From the NCBI GenBank assembly GCA_028534125.1, contig CM052817.1, positions 90,212,001 through 90,276,000 on the forward strand: DNA of 64,000 nt. The letters are read 5' to 3'. Each line of letters opens with the position of its first letter. Position 1 is the first letter of the stretch. This document shows, in pieces, positions 26,031 to 40,899 of this stretch. The translations under genes were made by a program, and so were the position numbers. This DNA comes from Lama glama. Lineage: Eukaryota. The notes below the pieces were generated by a model that had not been told where the DNA came from, did no database searches, and was given only the letters and a program-made list of their open reading frames with translations.

Positions 26031-27619
26031 AAAAAAGTTCCACATTTTGTTCCCTAAAGTAAATGATTTTAAAGTACGTGGTTTGTGGCTTTTTAGACTC
26101 TTGGCATGACTGAGCCTCAGTTATCCACAGCAGTGACCTCTCCTTCTTTGTCACCGTCCTTACCTCCTCACCCTGCTCCGTGCCACAACTTCCCAAATAA
26201 ACCATCCATCCATCCACCCATCTTGCACATACTCACTTGTGTGTGGTTGATGTCTGTGTATGTGTTGGAGGGAAATAACTATGGCACTAATTTTTTAAAA
26301 AAGTATAACTTGTGGTCTCAGGAAGTGAATGGTTTTGTAGGAAAAATGTTAAACTAGAGATTAGAGAAGTTTAGACACTGTTTTTGAGACTAAGTAACTA
26401 ATGAGAGGTGCAGCTAGAATTAGAAACAGGGCTGCACAGTCTCAAAATGTGTTCTTTCCACTATAAAATGGAAATCAGCAATTTATGGTGTTATATAGTC
26501 CATGTTACTGCATTATTAAAATTTTCCCTCGTTAAATGTACCATATTTTCTTCAGAATAGACAATGATGTCACAGAAGTGAGAGAAATGGGATATTCTAT
26601 AAGCTGATTTAGGCTGTGATGTTTAGCAGCAGATTCAAAGAAAGAAAGTTTGGGTTGACCGCTAGAAGAGAGTCTGGGAAAATAAAAATACAAATAAATT
26701 CTGTGTACTTCTGAAGAGGTGAAGTCAATGAGAGAGACATCAAAGAATTCATATAAATCATTTGAACCCTCAAATCCAAATAACTTAATCTCTTTCTATC
26801 CACAGATTCAAAATAAAGACTTCAGAAAAATAATGTACTTGAAATTACAAAATTAATTATTCCAAAGATCTCCACTAAAACTTCAGGGCCATGTCTCTCT
26901 ATTGCATTGTTTATGCCAAACAGTTGTGTACATTTTATTAAGGACTCTGTAGAAAGGATATCTTTCCAAATTAATATAGGTAGTCTTTAGTAACGCAATT
27001 TGAATTTCAGTGTAATTAACATTACACTGTGATACTCTAAACTGTAAGCTCTCTCTGTTTTCTTAGATGTCATCTTCATCCAGTCAAGTGTCCATGTGAA
27101 ATAGCATTTCATATTTGCAGAAGAATATAGAAGCAATCATTAATATTTGTTGCAGGGAATTTAAAAGTGCTCCCACAGGGTATTAGAGTCTTAAATGCCT
27201 GAGATCACAATTGAAAGTCTAATGGATGTCATGAGGGAGTAGCTAGATGAACTCAAGTGCCCCTACCTGGTTTCAACCAGAGGAACCTTCCTTTATTATG
27301 TTGCATTGGCCTCCTGGTAAGGTATAATCATAGAAACTTATTTTATTAAAATAATTGAGAAATAGAAAAATTAAAGTATGAGGCCAATTGAAAGAAATGT
27401 GTTTAAATTTAAAATAATTTAATGTCAAGATGTGTCAAAAATTTTTAAATCTTTAGCTTAATTTGCAAAGTAACTAGACTTAAGGAGGCAACTCTGTTCA
27501 GTGCTGCAGGAGTAAGTGCAGTTAAACAACAAACGTGACATTGTAGAAATACATGGTCGGGCATCCTATATATAAGGTAAAGTTAGGGATATCTCACAGT
27601 TTTAATCACAGAGATTTGA

Positions 27620-29100
27620 ACAAATTTCTTCAACATTTATTGAGCAGCTGTTTTGCATCCATCACTTTCTGACAAATAGGGTTATACTAGCAAACAAAAT
27701 GCCCTCTTGGAACTTTCAGGTGGAGAAAAGGAAACAACAATGAAAAACAAAATAAATAATATCTTAGATTGTGTATTAGTTACCTATGGCTACTGTAACG
27801 ATTTAACACAAATTTGGTGGCTCAAAACAATGCAGGTTTGTTTTCTTGCAGTCATGTGGGATGGATGTCTGAAATCAGTTTCACTAGGTTAAAGTCAAAG
27901 TGTCAGCAGAACTCTAGCGGAGAGTCTGTTTCCTTGCCTCATCTGGCTTTCAGAGGTCCCCTGTGGCCTCTGACTTATGACCCCTTCCTCGTATCACATC
28001 AGTCTCTTTCTTTTGTCATCACATCTCCTCCTCCTCTTCTGTATTCAAATATCCATCTCCCTCTTGTAAGTCCACATGTGATTGCATTTACAGCCTGGTC
28101 CACATAAATAATACATGATAATATCCTCATCTCAGTCTCTGTAATCACATCTGAAAAGTTCCTTTGGTCATATAGAGTAACATTCAGAGGTTCTATGGAT
28201 TAGGACCTGAACACCTTTATAGGTCCTCACCACAAGTGTTTATCATGCAAGATAAGACAGATTAAGAATACCCTTGAAGTGCTTTTTTTAATAGTGTCAA
28301 CAGGATAAACCTCACTGACTGAGGAACAATTGACCAAGGACAGACAGGGAGTTGGTTATGTGAATATCCAAGGCAGAGCACTACAAGCAGAGGTAATAGC
28401 CATTTAAAGAGTTTGAGGAAGTTTGTCCATGTGCCCAGAGTTGAATCAGGAAATAGGAGAGAAGTGGAAGATAAGTCAGGAAGTAAATGGAAGGGTTGTG
28501 TGGGATTTTTAAGGAAATCAGCAATTATTCTCAGTGAAATGAGGAGCAGTTTCAGGTTTGGGGGTTGAAAAGTGACATGGTTTAACTTATGGCAGGATCA
28601 CTCTGGCTACTATGTTGTAAGTATACTAAACAGGGCAAGAATAAAAGAAGGGAGACATGCTAGAGAGACATGGCAGAAAGCTGACAAATAGCTTATGGCT
28701 GGTCCCAGAGTGGTATTGGAGAGGGTGGCAAGAAATACTCTGATTCTGAATGTGTTTGAAGATTGTGTCAAAATGACTGGTCAACATATTGAATAGAGTA
28801 TGAGAGAGCAATTGGGGAGAAAAGACATCTCAAAGTTTTGGACTGAGCATTAGAAAGGGAAATGTAGGAGGATAAATTGCAGAGGAAGGTCAGAAATTCA
28901 TCTTTGGATGTGTTAGTTTGAGCTTTCTATTTGGCAGGTGGCAGTGCAGAGTAGCCACCACTTGAGCAGGGTGTAAAACGAGCAGTGTTCTCAGCAGACA
29001 GTCATGCTTTCAGAGAGTTTCAGAGAAGTAGCGAAGGATTTAAGGAATTATGTTAATAATGGTCCATGAACTCCAGAGGATGTGGTAGATGGGGAGAAGG
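27620..29100 (-). mobile_element. L2 (L2a-like) 3' portion, interrupted by an MLT1 LTR
   Basis: caacatttattgagcag antisense L2 terminus; aggatcactctggctactatgttg, ttttggactgagca, ttcatctttggatgtgttagtttgag motifs. Confidence 0.75.
27772..28233 (-). mobile_element. MaLR solo LTR (MLT1D/E-like)
   Basis: tgtattagttacctatggctactgtaac...ggtggctcaaaacaa and aatcacatctgaaaagttcctttggtcatatagagtaacattcagagg...caccaca. Confidence 0.8.
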
Positions 29101-29239
29101 TGAAGAAGAAGACAAGATAGAGAAGATGCCAATCCCTACATGGGTAAAGTCCAGAAGATAAGGTGTAAACTGAGTCACTCCTGTCTCCTTTAAGGGGAGA
29201 AACCGACTTACTCAAAGGATGTATTGATGAAGTTTAGGG

Positions 29240-29363
29240 AGGGTAATCAAATATATTGCCCATTTCAGGATACTCTGGGGATGAAGAAGGCACTGTTCAT
29301 AATTCCTGGATAACAAGCCTAAACTGAGACTGCCTCAGGAAAGCTGGGACCCATGCTCATCCT
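29240..29363 (+). mobile_element. hAT-Blackjack MITE (MER81-like)
   Basis: ~124 bp with degenerate TIRs agggtaatca / tgctcatcct and internal taaactgagactgcc...aagctgggac. Confidence 0.65.
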
Positions 29364-29799
29364 AGATTAGAAATCTGGGAAAGTCAGATTATTTTTTCTG
29401 AACACATTGTCCCCTCTAAGCCCCTGGCGATAGGAGTAAATGGTCTTAGGAGCAGTGGTCTTGATCCGAGAATGCAAGGTCCACTCAATCTGTGCTGAGA
29501 GTACAGCAGATTTATTAAAAGGTTCCCCTTTAATCTGTGCTGCTTAAATTGAGGAAGCCTGGTTTTCATCCCAGTGCATGGTGCCAAGTGCTGATCTCTG
29601 TCTGGCAGGATTGCTTAGAGAAAACATGACTCCCTCTCGAAGATGATTGATGAAGTTGAGGACATCTGGAAAATATACTCTTCTTAGCTTGAGTCTCTTC
29701 TGGATCCCTGTGGATGTAAGGCGGAAGCCCTCAGGGAAACATGGTCTTACTCCCAGAGTACAGGTTCATAGGGAACAGGTGTTTATCATTAGACTTTGG

Positions 29800-30860
29800 C
29801 ATATTAGCATGTTCCATTCTTTGTATCTATTTCAGCCTAAACCAAGTTATTCAGAGCGCACACTAAGTTCTTAATTTCAGTGACTACATATCTTATTTCC
29901 AGACATTCCATTAGATACTCTTCCAAATCTTTTCGTGTTTTTTTTCCATAATGGGTTTAATTTTTATTATATTTTGTATTTCTTCTTTCATATCTTTGAC
30001 CGTTTAAAAACATATAGTTTACAGTCCCTTTCAAGTTGTTCCATCATCTCAAGTTCTTAGGATGGGTACCAGTCCTTCTGTTTATTTTGTTTGCCACTCA
30101 CTTTCTTTAGAGTAAATGGATTCCATTTTTTCTTACTGTTTCTTTCAGCTCATTAGCAACTAGTTTTTGCATAAATGTGTGTTTGGGAGGTAAGGGGCAT
30201 ATCAGACCTGACAAGGATTAGTTGTTTCCTTCTGACTTCCTTTGGGATTGCTCTGAAAGCTGAGAAGAGACGTTTTCCTTGGAGAGGAAACCAGTTTACA
30301 TTTGCTTCTACAGGGTGTCTCATCAGAGTCGGTCCCCAGTGGGCTTGATTTAGTCTCCTTGGTCGTGTTGCTCTTAAGGCGTGAGAGTCCCTCAAGATAC
30401 TGTACATTCTGAACCCTCAGTATTATGTAGTTCAGACTTGTGTTTTTAGTTGTGTCTCTAGCCCGGGAAGTGGAAACAAACTTCCCGGTCAATGCCCTGA
30501 GCCAGGGAGAAAGGTTCTCTTGTCCTTTATTCACATGTTTGGGTACTTCTTCCAGCATCCTGAATCTGTATGAGGATTTCAGTCCCAGAGGCACACCTTT
30601 TATGGGCTCATGGTCTGTTCTGTAAGTCCTTGTGTTGGCAACTGAATCTCTGACTCTGTCTATAAGGGTCAGTGTCTGGTCCATCCTCCTCATGGATTCC
30701 TGCACTGCCTTCTCTACCTGTGACTCCCCTCCTTATTTGTGGCACTGGGAAACTCCTTTATTTTATACATACAGCTTTATATTTAATCATTTTGTAATCT
30801 GTGGAAGCACAGATATATTTGTACTGAGAAAGTAGAAAGTAGCTCAGTCTACCAACTTCA
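29800..30860 (-). mobile_element. Ancient L1 ORF1/5' region remnant
   Basis: ttaatttcagtgactacatatcttatttccagacattccattagatactcttcc antisense L1M-type sequence. Confidence 0.55.
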
Positions 30861-32084
30861 TGAAACTGAACTTTCCCTCACTTCTTTTTCAGTTTTTAAT
30901 ATTTCCCTTTTTGGATGTGAGTCAGAAAGAATTATTTGTTTAACCATATTAAACTTAGTATAAGCCTGACCTTTCATTCTTAGTAATTTTCTTTACTTCC
31001 TTGATGTTCCCCTGTTTTTATTAATATTGTTTCAATGATTTATAAACCCTTGAAGATTGATCCTACATGCATGTATTTTCAAGGTAATATTTTTAAACAA
31101 AATTATCAAATAATGAGACTATTATGTTGGTGTTTCCTCTCATTATTTGATAATTACATGAACACTCAACAAATCCCTACATGAAACCTAATTGGAACAC
31201 TTACTTTCGAAATTCTCAACGAATACACTTTTTTAATGATTGTATTTTATTAGACATTTTAGGAAATAAACAATTATTTAAAACTACTCAGAATCTAAAA
31301 AGTTGTTAAATCAGGGAAACTCTTATGGGGAAAATTATTGTATTATTAAGTGCAATGACAAAATACTTAATCTCTGTTCTTTAATTATATCAATTCAATT
31401 TACTAATTACATTAATATTAGTACCCTGTGTCAGAATAGATTTAATGCAAAACAATGTTAAATCTTATCAAGACTAAATGGTAAAGATACAAAGCTTCAT
31501 CACAAAGATAATTATCTGTGTAATAGCATGAGAATTATGTGCCTTGGGTATTTTTTAAAATTCCCATTAATAATTGATTTGTTTAAGTCATATTTGATTA
31601 AAAAAACAGAATACATTTAAAATTTAACTTACAAATTGGAGTCGATTACAAAAATATTTGCCAGATTCTATATTTTGAACCCTCTAACAAATTGTGTAAA
31701 ACTGAATTGCACTTACAATTTTTTATTTTTTATCTCTGATTATTAAGATCATAGTCTGAAATCAGTGTGATAAAGTAGGAAGGAAGAAAATGTTGCAAAC
31801 CAGAATATATGAGGAAATAGCATTGGATGAAGGAAAAATATAATAGGACTTCAAAAACTTAATTGAATATGACATAAAACATAAAGAGAGGACTGTAATT
31901 TCAAACAGCACATATGGCAAATGAAATACTGTACAATCAGTGAAGAAGGTACTGCAATTTACGATAATGTGGTGTGTATAAATCTCTTTATAAGGACTAT
32001 GCAGGGTCCTTATAAACAATGATAACCATCAACACGTTATTTTCTCTCTATAGTTATCATAACCATTATCATCATCAATAGAGG

Positions 32085-32290
32085 ACCAGGAATATAAAGT
32101 AGAAAGAACACTGCCATCATTTCCCAAGAACCTATTTCAAGTCTTCGTTCCACTCACTTATTAACAATATGATATTGGGTTAGGTCTATAACATTTTTGT
32201 ATTGTTTATTACTGAAAAAATTGAAAATAATAATGCCACCCTTACTTAACTTACAATGTTACAGGAATCAATTTTTAAAATACATCATAA
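32085..32290 (+). mobile_element. MIR SINE
   Basis: gtagaaagaacactg...ttcaagtcttcgttccactcacttattaac...aaaataataatgccaccct. Confidence 0.6.
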
Positions 32291-32877
32291 AACACTTCAA
32301 AAGAATATCATATATTTTATTATATATATATATATGAATTAAGTTCCCTTTATATGCCTAGAACTGAGTTCTATGCTAGAATAATTTTAGAAACTAAGAT
32401 ACCCTCATTTTATGTACTATAATGTATCTAAAATGTACCACTTACCATTTAAACATTTACAGTCTTCTTTTCTACTTGTTACAAATATAAAGCAAGCTCA
32501 TTTGGCGTTTATATATTGTTTCATCACCATATGAAGCCATTGTTCAGACAAAGCTATGTTACTTGCTTCATTGGTAGCAGGGAACTTTTTATGTCTATGC
32601 TTATTTGCCTGACTTACCTCCCAGCTGGAGTATTATGCACCTTTTGCAGGAAATATTCATGGTTGGCATAATTTCTAAGTCGTTGCATATATAAGAGTTG
32701 CTTTCTGTTGACACTGCACATGACGTGTGGTATTTGTGTGGATGGATTCATTGAAGGAGTGTATGACCAGCAATAATGAGAAACAGAGGAGGTTACTTCT
32801 GCCTACTTCCAGTCTTGGTTACTTCCAGTTGGATTGTTGATCCTTCCATATCTGTTTTCCATCACAAAGAACTCTCT

Positions 32878-33057
32878 AGGGCTGTACTGACAAATAAATG
32901 TGTCTATTTAAATTAAAATTAGATTTAGATAACACTCAAAATTTGTTCCCCAGTCACACTAGCCCCATTTCAAGTGCTAAATAGCCACATACCTGGTAGC
33001 ATAGATGTAGAATATTTTCAACATAACTAGAAGGCCCACTGAACAGCATTACTCTGA
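32878..33057. mobile_element. hAT-Charlie MITE (MER3/MER33-like)
   Basis: cagtcacactagccccatttcaagtgctaaatagccacat core. Confidence 0.7.
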
Positions 33058-34537
33058 GGTGTCTGGCTTTGTCCAAAGAGTTTTCACAGCCATTAATTCA
33101 GAACTCCACTCATGGCACTGGATTTTACTTCTGCAAAATTCAGACCCTTTAACTTTTTCTAGGTATCCTTGTAAGCCTCTAAAATGAATTGAGTGTCTTT
33201 CTCCAAGTCCTTACTAGCTAATTTACGACTTTTCATCCTCTAGTTGTTCTTCTGATCCATAGTTCATTCATTCACCATTCAATTTTTCATTAAACATTTG
33301 CCTCAGAATTAAGGACACTAAATAGAAAATGGTAGATTGCTGGGGATTTTCAAGATGGTGAGGTTAGAGGAGAGACAATCTTTAACCAATGTAAAACTAT
33401 ATGGGATAAATCCTAAATTTATAAGTACTGAGGGGCCAAGTGTCAGATCAATTATATTATAAAAATGTACTGCTTCAGTTCACCATGATCACATATATGA
33501 TGTCTTCATCTTACAGGGTTTTATAAATAATAAAACTTTTATTTTATTTAGTTTATTTCTAATTTTTATACTTGTCTGTGTTTATAAAATATACTTTCAA
33601 GTGAGGTTTATTAAATTTAGGTTCACTGATACATAGATAGAGGTATACATAAAATCCCTCTCAAAATCAATGAAATATTTGTCCTCCTGGAAGAACCAAA
33701 GAATACATATTGTGGTGCTTTGAGTAAAGAATGGTTTTCAACACAATTTTAGAGAAACTGTAACATAAAAGCAAACATATTTTCAACCACAGATGTACAC
33801 TATAACTGAATTCTTGCACAGCCAAACAAATGGAATGAAAATAAAAGTCTTCATCTACCCAGTTATTTGGCACAACACAAATTAGACAAGGGAAAAAGAG
33901 TTTATTTTAGTGAACTCAGTGAAACCAGAATTTGCCTGAAGTTAGCCTGTTTCATCCTGAAATCGTGAGAGAAAATGAGAAGGTATCACTTTATTAATTT
34001 CCCGTATTTACTACATGAAGAGATTGGAGAGACTGTGGCTACGAAGCTGTGCTAAATGCTAAATTACAGTTGTAATGACTATAGCAAAAAAGACGACCAA
34101 GCGTATTGATGGCCTAACTACAAATGTCAATGGAATTGTACCAGGAAGGAGAACATGAAAATTAGATCTTTGAACTGACCAAGGAGAAACCATCCAAAGG
34201 ATATTAAGCATAATATTTAATGTTAGAGCAGTGGTCCTGCTGTTTCAGAAAATAAATTGTAAATAGTAATGAAAAAAGAAATAGACATCTTTCTCTTGTG
34301 CTCCCTGTTGGGGCCCCCGTTCTCCCTTCCAAGCCATTCTTCTTACTTTCTGTCAGGAAAGTGAGTACACAGCTGAGAATATGTCAGTTGCCCCAGAGCA
34401 GTTTGCATATTCCCCAAAAGACCACGAACTAGAGGCCTCAAGGCGGGCATAAGAGAAACTAGAGTTACGAGTGCTAAATGGAAATGCTACCTGCGGAGGT
34501 TGTAACTTCTGACAGGCAGTAGGTTAGAACAGGTGAG

Positions 34538-35388
34538 TTTTTTTTTTTTTTAATTGAAGTATAGTCAGTTACAATGTGTCAGTTTCTGTTGTACAGCACA
34601 ATGTCCTAGTCATGCATCTATATACATATATTCATTTTCATATTCCTTTTTATTAAAGGTTATTACAAGATGTTGAATATAGTTTCCTGGACAGAAGAAA
34701 TTTGTTTTTTATCTATTTTCTGTTGGTGGTTAACATTTGAAAATCTCGAACTCCCAAATTTTCCCTTCCCACCCTCTTTCCCTGTTAACTACGATTGTTT
34801 ACTATTTCTGTGAGTCTGTTTCTGTTCTGGAGATGAGTTTATTAGTGTCAACTTTTTTTTCTTTTTTTAGATTCCACATATGAGTGATATCATATGGTAT
34901 TTTTCTTTCTCTTTATGGCTTACTTCACTTAGAATGATGGTCTTAGGTCCATCCATGTTGCTGCAAATGGCATTATTTTATTCTTTTTATGGCTAGGTAG
35001 TATTCCATTGTATAAATATACCACAACTTCTTTATCCAGTTATCTGTCCATAGATATTTAGGTTACTTCCATGTCTTGGCTGTTGTATATAGTGCTGCTA
35101 TGCATGTATCTTTTTGAATTAGAGTTCCCTCCAGATATATGCCCAGGAGTGGGATTGCTGGATCATATGGTCAGTCTGTGTTCACTTTTTTGAGGAATCT
35201 CCATGCTGTTTTCCATAATGGCTGCACCAAACTGCATTCCCACCAGCAGTGTAGGAGGGTTCCCTTTTCTCCACATCTTCTCCAGCATTTATCATTTGTG
35301 GACATTTGAATGATGGCCACTCTGACTGGTTTGAGGTGATACCTCATTGTAGTTTTGATTTGCATTTCTGTGATAATTAGCAATATTG
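34538..35388 (-). mobile_element. 5'-truncated lineage-specific L1 (~850 bp)
   Basis: Poly-T at 34538; near-identical blocks with the L1s at 9712 and 56310; ORF2 end [19 protein letters not shown]...[19 protein letters not shown]. Confidence 0.93.
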
Positions 35389-35696
35389 TTATCTTGAGTG
35401 AAACACAAAGATCAAGAATTTGGAAGCATGGGAAAATGCCTATCACTTTTATAAACTGATCCTTGAATTAATGTCTTGATTTCTTATTCTCTGACAATAA
35501 AACTTGCTTTTAACTATACAAAATATCCATGATATAAAGATGCATGCTTTATACACAGGAAAAAATACTGTTGGATTTCAATGTAACTGATATTCCTAAG
35601 GTTTATTCAAAAAAGGAGTATTCACCTGAATCATAATCTTGGATCTTTACAGAAGATTATATATCATTGAGACTCATTAACTGTACTAGAAAAACA

Positions 35697-35915
35697 CACT
35701 GTTTCTAAACGTACTGCTGATTGGCATTAGGCCACACCAGTTCTTTATTTTGTGGGATTGTCCCATGCATTGCAGGATATTTGACATTCTGAATAGCAGC
35801 AGTGTTCCATAGTATTCAAGGACAAAAAAAATGCCCCTTCTCAACATATACAACGTGTTTCCAAGTACTCCCTAGGATAAAAAGGTGGGCTGGTTGCATC
35901 TCCATTAAGTACAGG
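35697..35915. mobile_element. hAT-Charlie MITE (MER20-like)
   Basis: ttctttattttgtgggattgtcccatgcattgcaggatatttgacatt core. Confidence 0.65.
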
Positions 35916-36684
35916 TAAGAAGGGTTGCAGAAGAGGACCTCTAACTACCTGAGAGTATGAGGGTATTAAGAAAGGTGTGAGAGACATCCTCTCTAAACTA
36001 TCCAGTCATTGATCTAAGGAGACAGTTTACAGAAACACATTTGTGAAAAAGAGAACTTGCTGGGGGAAAAAAAAGCAACACGGGAAATATGCAGAGAAAG
36101 TGACGGTCCTCCCTCACCTTACTACCTCTCCTATTCCACTCCCCAGCAACATTTTCTTTACTTGACTTTAACCTTTCTAAGAATAGTAAGTCTATATTTT
36201 AAACTCATTTCAAGCTTCTGTGCAAGGCTAAACCCATCTACATGAAAAGTTCAAAAGATGTTGTCGGTTCTGTAGCTAGACTAACATGGTCTCAGAGCTA
36301 GATGAGGAAAGCAACATTTCAGGGGGGTAATGAAATCATTTGTTATGATGTGTCCCTCCCCTGGGGCCTTCTAACCTCAAACCTGACCTTACCAATTAGA
36401 GAAATTTGGGTTGTGCAAATACAGTCCAGTCCAACACAACAAGCGTTTTTTGAATCCCCTAGGTTTTGTGGTAGTCCTAGGCAAGACTGTGTAAAGGAGT
36501 GAGTGGCAGGTCTCAAAATGCTCAGTGTTCAGTGAATGGACTAACCGCAATAAGACATGGCAGTTGCTGTAACTGTGGGACTGCTGCCACCACCCCGACT
36601 CCCAGTCAATTCTGTTTTAGCCTGAGTGTCATCCTATTAGGGCTCTATGGCTCCACTGGAGGATCTAATTCAAATGATAGAAGC

Positions 36685-36795
36685 TAGCAGCTCAAAGGAC
36701 CCTTAGAGATCAATAATTCCTAACATCTCACTTCATAATTGGAGACAGTCTGATCTAAAGCAATAATGACCTGTACACACATTCACTCAATGAGC
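36685..36795 (-). mobile_element. MIR fragment
   Basis: aaaggacccttagagatcaataattcctaacatctcacttcataattggagac. Confidence 0.55.
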
Positions 36796-38339
36796 TTACC
36801 CGTGACAAATGCTTATGAAAGGGTTAAAGGGCATCTAAGCAGCGTGTATGCATTTACAATGGCTTCTTGAAGATTAGGTGGTCAACTTGTTTGTATATTT
36901 CATTTTGATTTTATTTATTTCCTGTAAGGATGATTGGTCTCCATAAGATGAGGAGAAAGTGCAGAGGAGCATATTTGGAGTGAAAGTAGGGTGAGACAAT
37001 GATGGAGCTAAGGAGATAGTTTAGAGAGGATGTCTTTAACCATGGTGTAAAACATTTTATCTTGGTAGGGCCTCGGTTTGTCTAATTAATTCTTTTCTCC
37101 CTAAGGTCTTCTACTTCAAAATTATAAACCTTATGTGAAGAAATTTAATTGAACATTTTGTAAAGATCCATAAATGTCAGATATGTATTATAATGCTGTG
37201 TACCTGATATCCTTAATTCATTAGAAACACAGTCTGCATGTTAAAATTGAGGATGACTCCCTGTTGATCTATAAGAAAAAAATGAAGCCCTTTATACATT
37301 TATCATTAATTGATTATATAGATGACCAAGTCTCATACAGATGAAGAGACTAGTTTCTTTTCTCCCAAACAATAGCCTTCTCCTTGAAACCCTAAGTGAG
37401 ATGTCATGTACAATAGTGTGCTTTCATTAAAACAAATTACTTTCTGCTAAAAGATCCCCTAGTGGCAAATCCAGACAACACAACCTGCTGTCTAGGTTCG
37501 TTTTCATTTTAAAACGCACCTTAACCAGGAAAAATGGTGAGTGCATATTTTTCACTCAGACAAATATTAAGTAGCAAAATCTGGAAGCTCTGCATGGTTT
37601 TGTGTTTTACACAGCATTGGCATCTTAGCCAACTAAACTGCAAATGGAATACACAGGAATTATTTCCTACGTCCTTAGGCATCTATAGTATTCCTGTTAA
37701 TAGAATGTCTCAGAGGCTTTCTGGGGAGAATAAAACATTATCTCAAATAGGATTGAGCAGTTGTGTACGTCATGGTTTGGGGGGCATAGGAACAGAAGTA
37801 TCCCCTAACAGCACTTAGCACTTGTTAAATACAAGTTGACAATCATGATTGATACAGGCTGCAGTAGGGATTAAGCTGTACTTTTGACGTTCCTTGCCCA
37901 CACACACTGTGGGGGGTGTTTACACGCTATGGATACACCAGAAATATGAGCAAACGTTGATACACATGGCACACAGAAAACACAATGATTCAGGTAATTT
38001 CTACTGGTGATCCTAACTCCGTGTGTCATACCATCAGTATGCGAACATTTTGACCCCAAGTCGAAAACTTTAGAATTAAGTGAATAGAAGCAATATGTCC
38101 AGACTTACATCTGAGTGAAAGTTGTTAATGGTTAGTGATGTGTATTTCAAGGATCATAAATCTTTATTTTTCATTGCTGGCATATGCTAAAGTGATACTG
38201 AAAATGCATTTTGATTTAGCTTCTTATTTAAAGAGCTATGTATATAGTCAAAGTTTCAGTTTGGAGATAGTAATTCCATTGTGCTTCTCACACAACTATC
38301 TGAGTAGATAACCTTGCTCCTATTTTAATGATGTTATAA

Positions 38340-39790
38340 AAACAATTGAACATGAACTCACTCACTTATCTCCAGTAGATCCCCAGCTCATTTGCATTTC
38401 TGTACTTTTTGCCTCCCTCCAGTTACAATTGCAGGTAACATCATTAAATGTTCACCTCTCCTGCCCTAGATGCCATCTGCTCTTCCTTCTCAAGAATTTT
38501 GTTCTTTTTCTTGCATGATTGGTTTATCTTTCCCCTCTCTAACAGTTCAGTTAACATAGAAACACGCATTAGATCTCTGATTTAAAAAAAAAAAAGTAGT
38601 AAAACTGTCCTTTCATCTCACTTTTCCCATCTGCTACATTTCTCTAATCCCCTTCACAGTAAAACCACTTGAAAAAATTGCCTTCAATCACAGCTTTACT
38701 TCCTCTTCATCTTCCATTTTTCTCGTAAAATCATTTCAAAATGACTCCATATCCCACACTTCATGGACACAGCTATATCACAGTAGCTTTGCCAATTTAA
38801 CAATCACTTGTTTGAGTTTATATTTCTTTATCTTTCAACAGCGTTCAACACAGTTGTCAAGTCTTAGAACATTTTCTTCTCTTGACTTCCAGTCCTCCTA
38901 TTTTCCTGGGGGCAGTTTCCTTCTATTTTGGCTTGTCCTTCTCAAATTTCATGGCTAATTTCTTCTATTTCTATTGGATATGAAAGAGTTGAAGTGCTCT
39001 AGGGCTCTAGATTATAAGAGGCTCTAAGCCCCTTTCTCTACTTCAAATAATTTTTTTTCCCTCAGATAATAAATCTCATCAAGAGTCATGGCTTTAAATG
39101 ATATCTATGTAATCCAAAATTTATTTATTTCTCTTACTGAAGTCTGTAGAGTCATTTCCAAGGGGTCCATTTAATTCTCCTCATTGGGGAGAAAAAATTC
39201 CATCTTAAATTTAACAGGATCAAACAAAATACTTCCCAAAACCTGCTCCTTCTGCTTTCTTATTTACATCAGTAGACGCCACCTTTACATATCCAGATGC
39301 TCAAGCCAACATCAAAGAAATGTTCTCGATTCCTCTCTTTCTGTCACCACAGCATCCAATCCACTAGCAAATCCTGTGACAAAACTCCCAATATGTATTC
39401 TGAAAATATGGTCCCCTTCACTCAAATTTCTACCTAGCAGCAAAGTGTTCTTTTAAAAACTTAAACCAGATTATGTAGCCATGGGTACTTTACTCCAGTT
39501 TAAGTACTTTATTCCAGTAACTTTCTTTCATCACATAGAATATTTGTATCATGCTTAGAATCTCTACATTTTCTTAGAATAGATTTAATTCTAGCTTATG
39601 GAATCCTGATCTGGTACCTTTACCTCCCTGTACAAGTCTCCTTTCTTTGTGTGCTCCAACCACACTGAGACTCCATCTGTTTCTTGTTTGTATCTTAGCA
39701 CATTGCAGAGGCTTTCTCCTTTGCATGGAATACTATTCCCTCTTGCGGGAATACTCTTTCCCTTAATCTCGGAATATCTGAATCTTTCTT
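38340..39790 (+). mobile_element. L2 LINE remnant
   Basis: Pyrimidine-rich L2 ORF2/3' motifs (cagcgttcaacacagttg, tcatggctttaaat, atccagatgctcaagccaa, cagcatccaatccactagcaaatcctgt). Confidence 0.75.
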
Positions 39791-40899
39791 ATAATCCAAG
39801 CCTAGAGTGGCAGTGCTGGTTATACAGGCCATCCACAGCAGCCATATTCAACTCTTAACTCAAGTTTCATCCATAGAGAAAGGCTTCGTTATCACTGAAC
39901 CTAAAACAAAACAAAAATTTAAAAACAACTCAACAGAACTCAGAGTAATTTGTGGAATTTTTTAGATGGAGAAATGTAAATAAATGTGTTCCAACTGCTA
40001 TTTTTACTTGGAAGTCTCTGTTGATATTTAAAAAATTATTTGTAAAATCAATGAATTTGATCCATCTCTCCCTAAGAGTAAACTCTACAAAATCATAGAA
40101 GTTGACAATTAGATCGAGTACTCTAATTTCAGCCAGGAAAATAACAAGTGCGTAAAGACATATTTGTTGAATATAAAGTGAATCAATTAAATAGAAAGAG
40201 CATATCATTTGAAATCAAAGGATCTGAGTTTAAGTTGTGGGTTCTTTGGACTTTCTGCAGCTTTGAGGAAATCTGTCCTCTCTAAGCCTTGGTTGCCTCA
40301 TTTTAAAAATTGGGATACTAATTCCAAATAGAATCTCTCAGATATAGAGAGAGATTTTGAATACTAAACAAGTACTCTATGTCTGTACCTATACATATAT
40401 CTATATCTATAAATATATAGATATATTTATATCTATAAATACCTATCTGCCTACCTATCTCCTTTGCACTGTAAAAGATCTTACAAAAGGAAGTGTCATT
40501 ATTAGGTAAAAATCTCACTCATTAAACATGATATAACTGGCAGTTTTAGTGTTACAAAGAATGTTCAAAACTAGACAGAAACCACTATGTAAATAATTGA
40601 GGGAAAAAGTGGGCAATGGGATTCTGAATAGAACTTTAATAGCGAAGCCTTATGCATATACACATCATCCCTGAAGATCACTATAGTTAGAAATGAGAGA
40701 GGATGAGAAGATAGCTGTAGGAATGCCGTTGGCATTAAGTTTGGAGACCAGTAGTAATTTAATGCAAAAGCATGAAGAGAGACAGCTTGCATTATTAGAG
40801 CAAAAATACCAAGCAAAGTGAATACAACTTTGAAGTATAAACTGGCAACTTGAACAATTCCTACCAATATGATAGTAGGCCAGTTTTATTTCACTCACA

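Noticed and set aside
30153..30835. Cluster of ORFs up to 167 aa
   Set aside because: Lies in a probable ancient L1 5' remnant; no recognisable domain or splice structure
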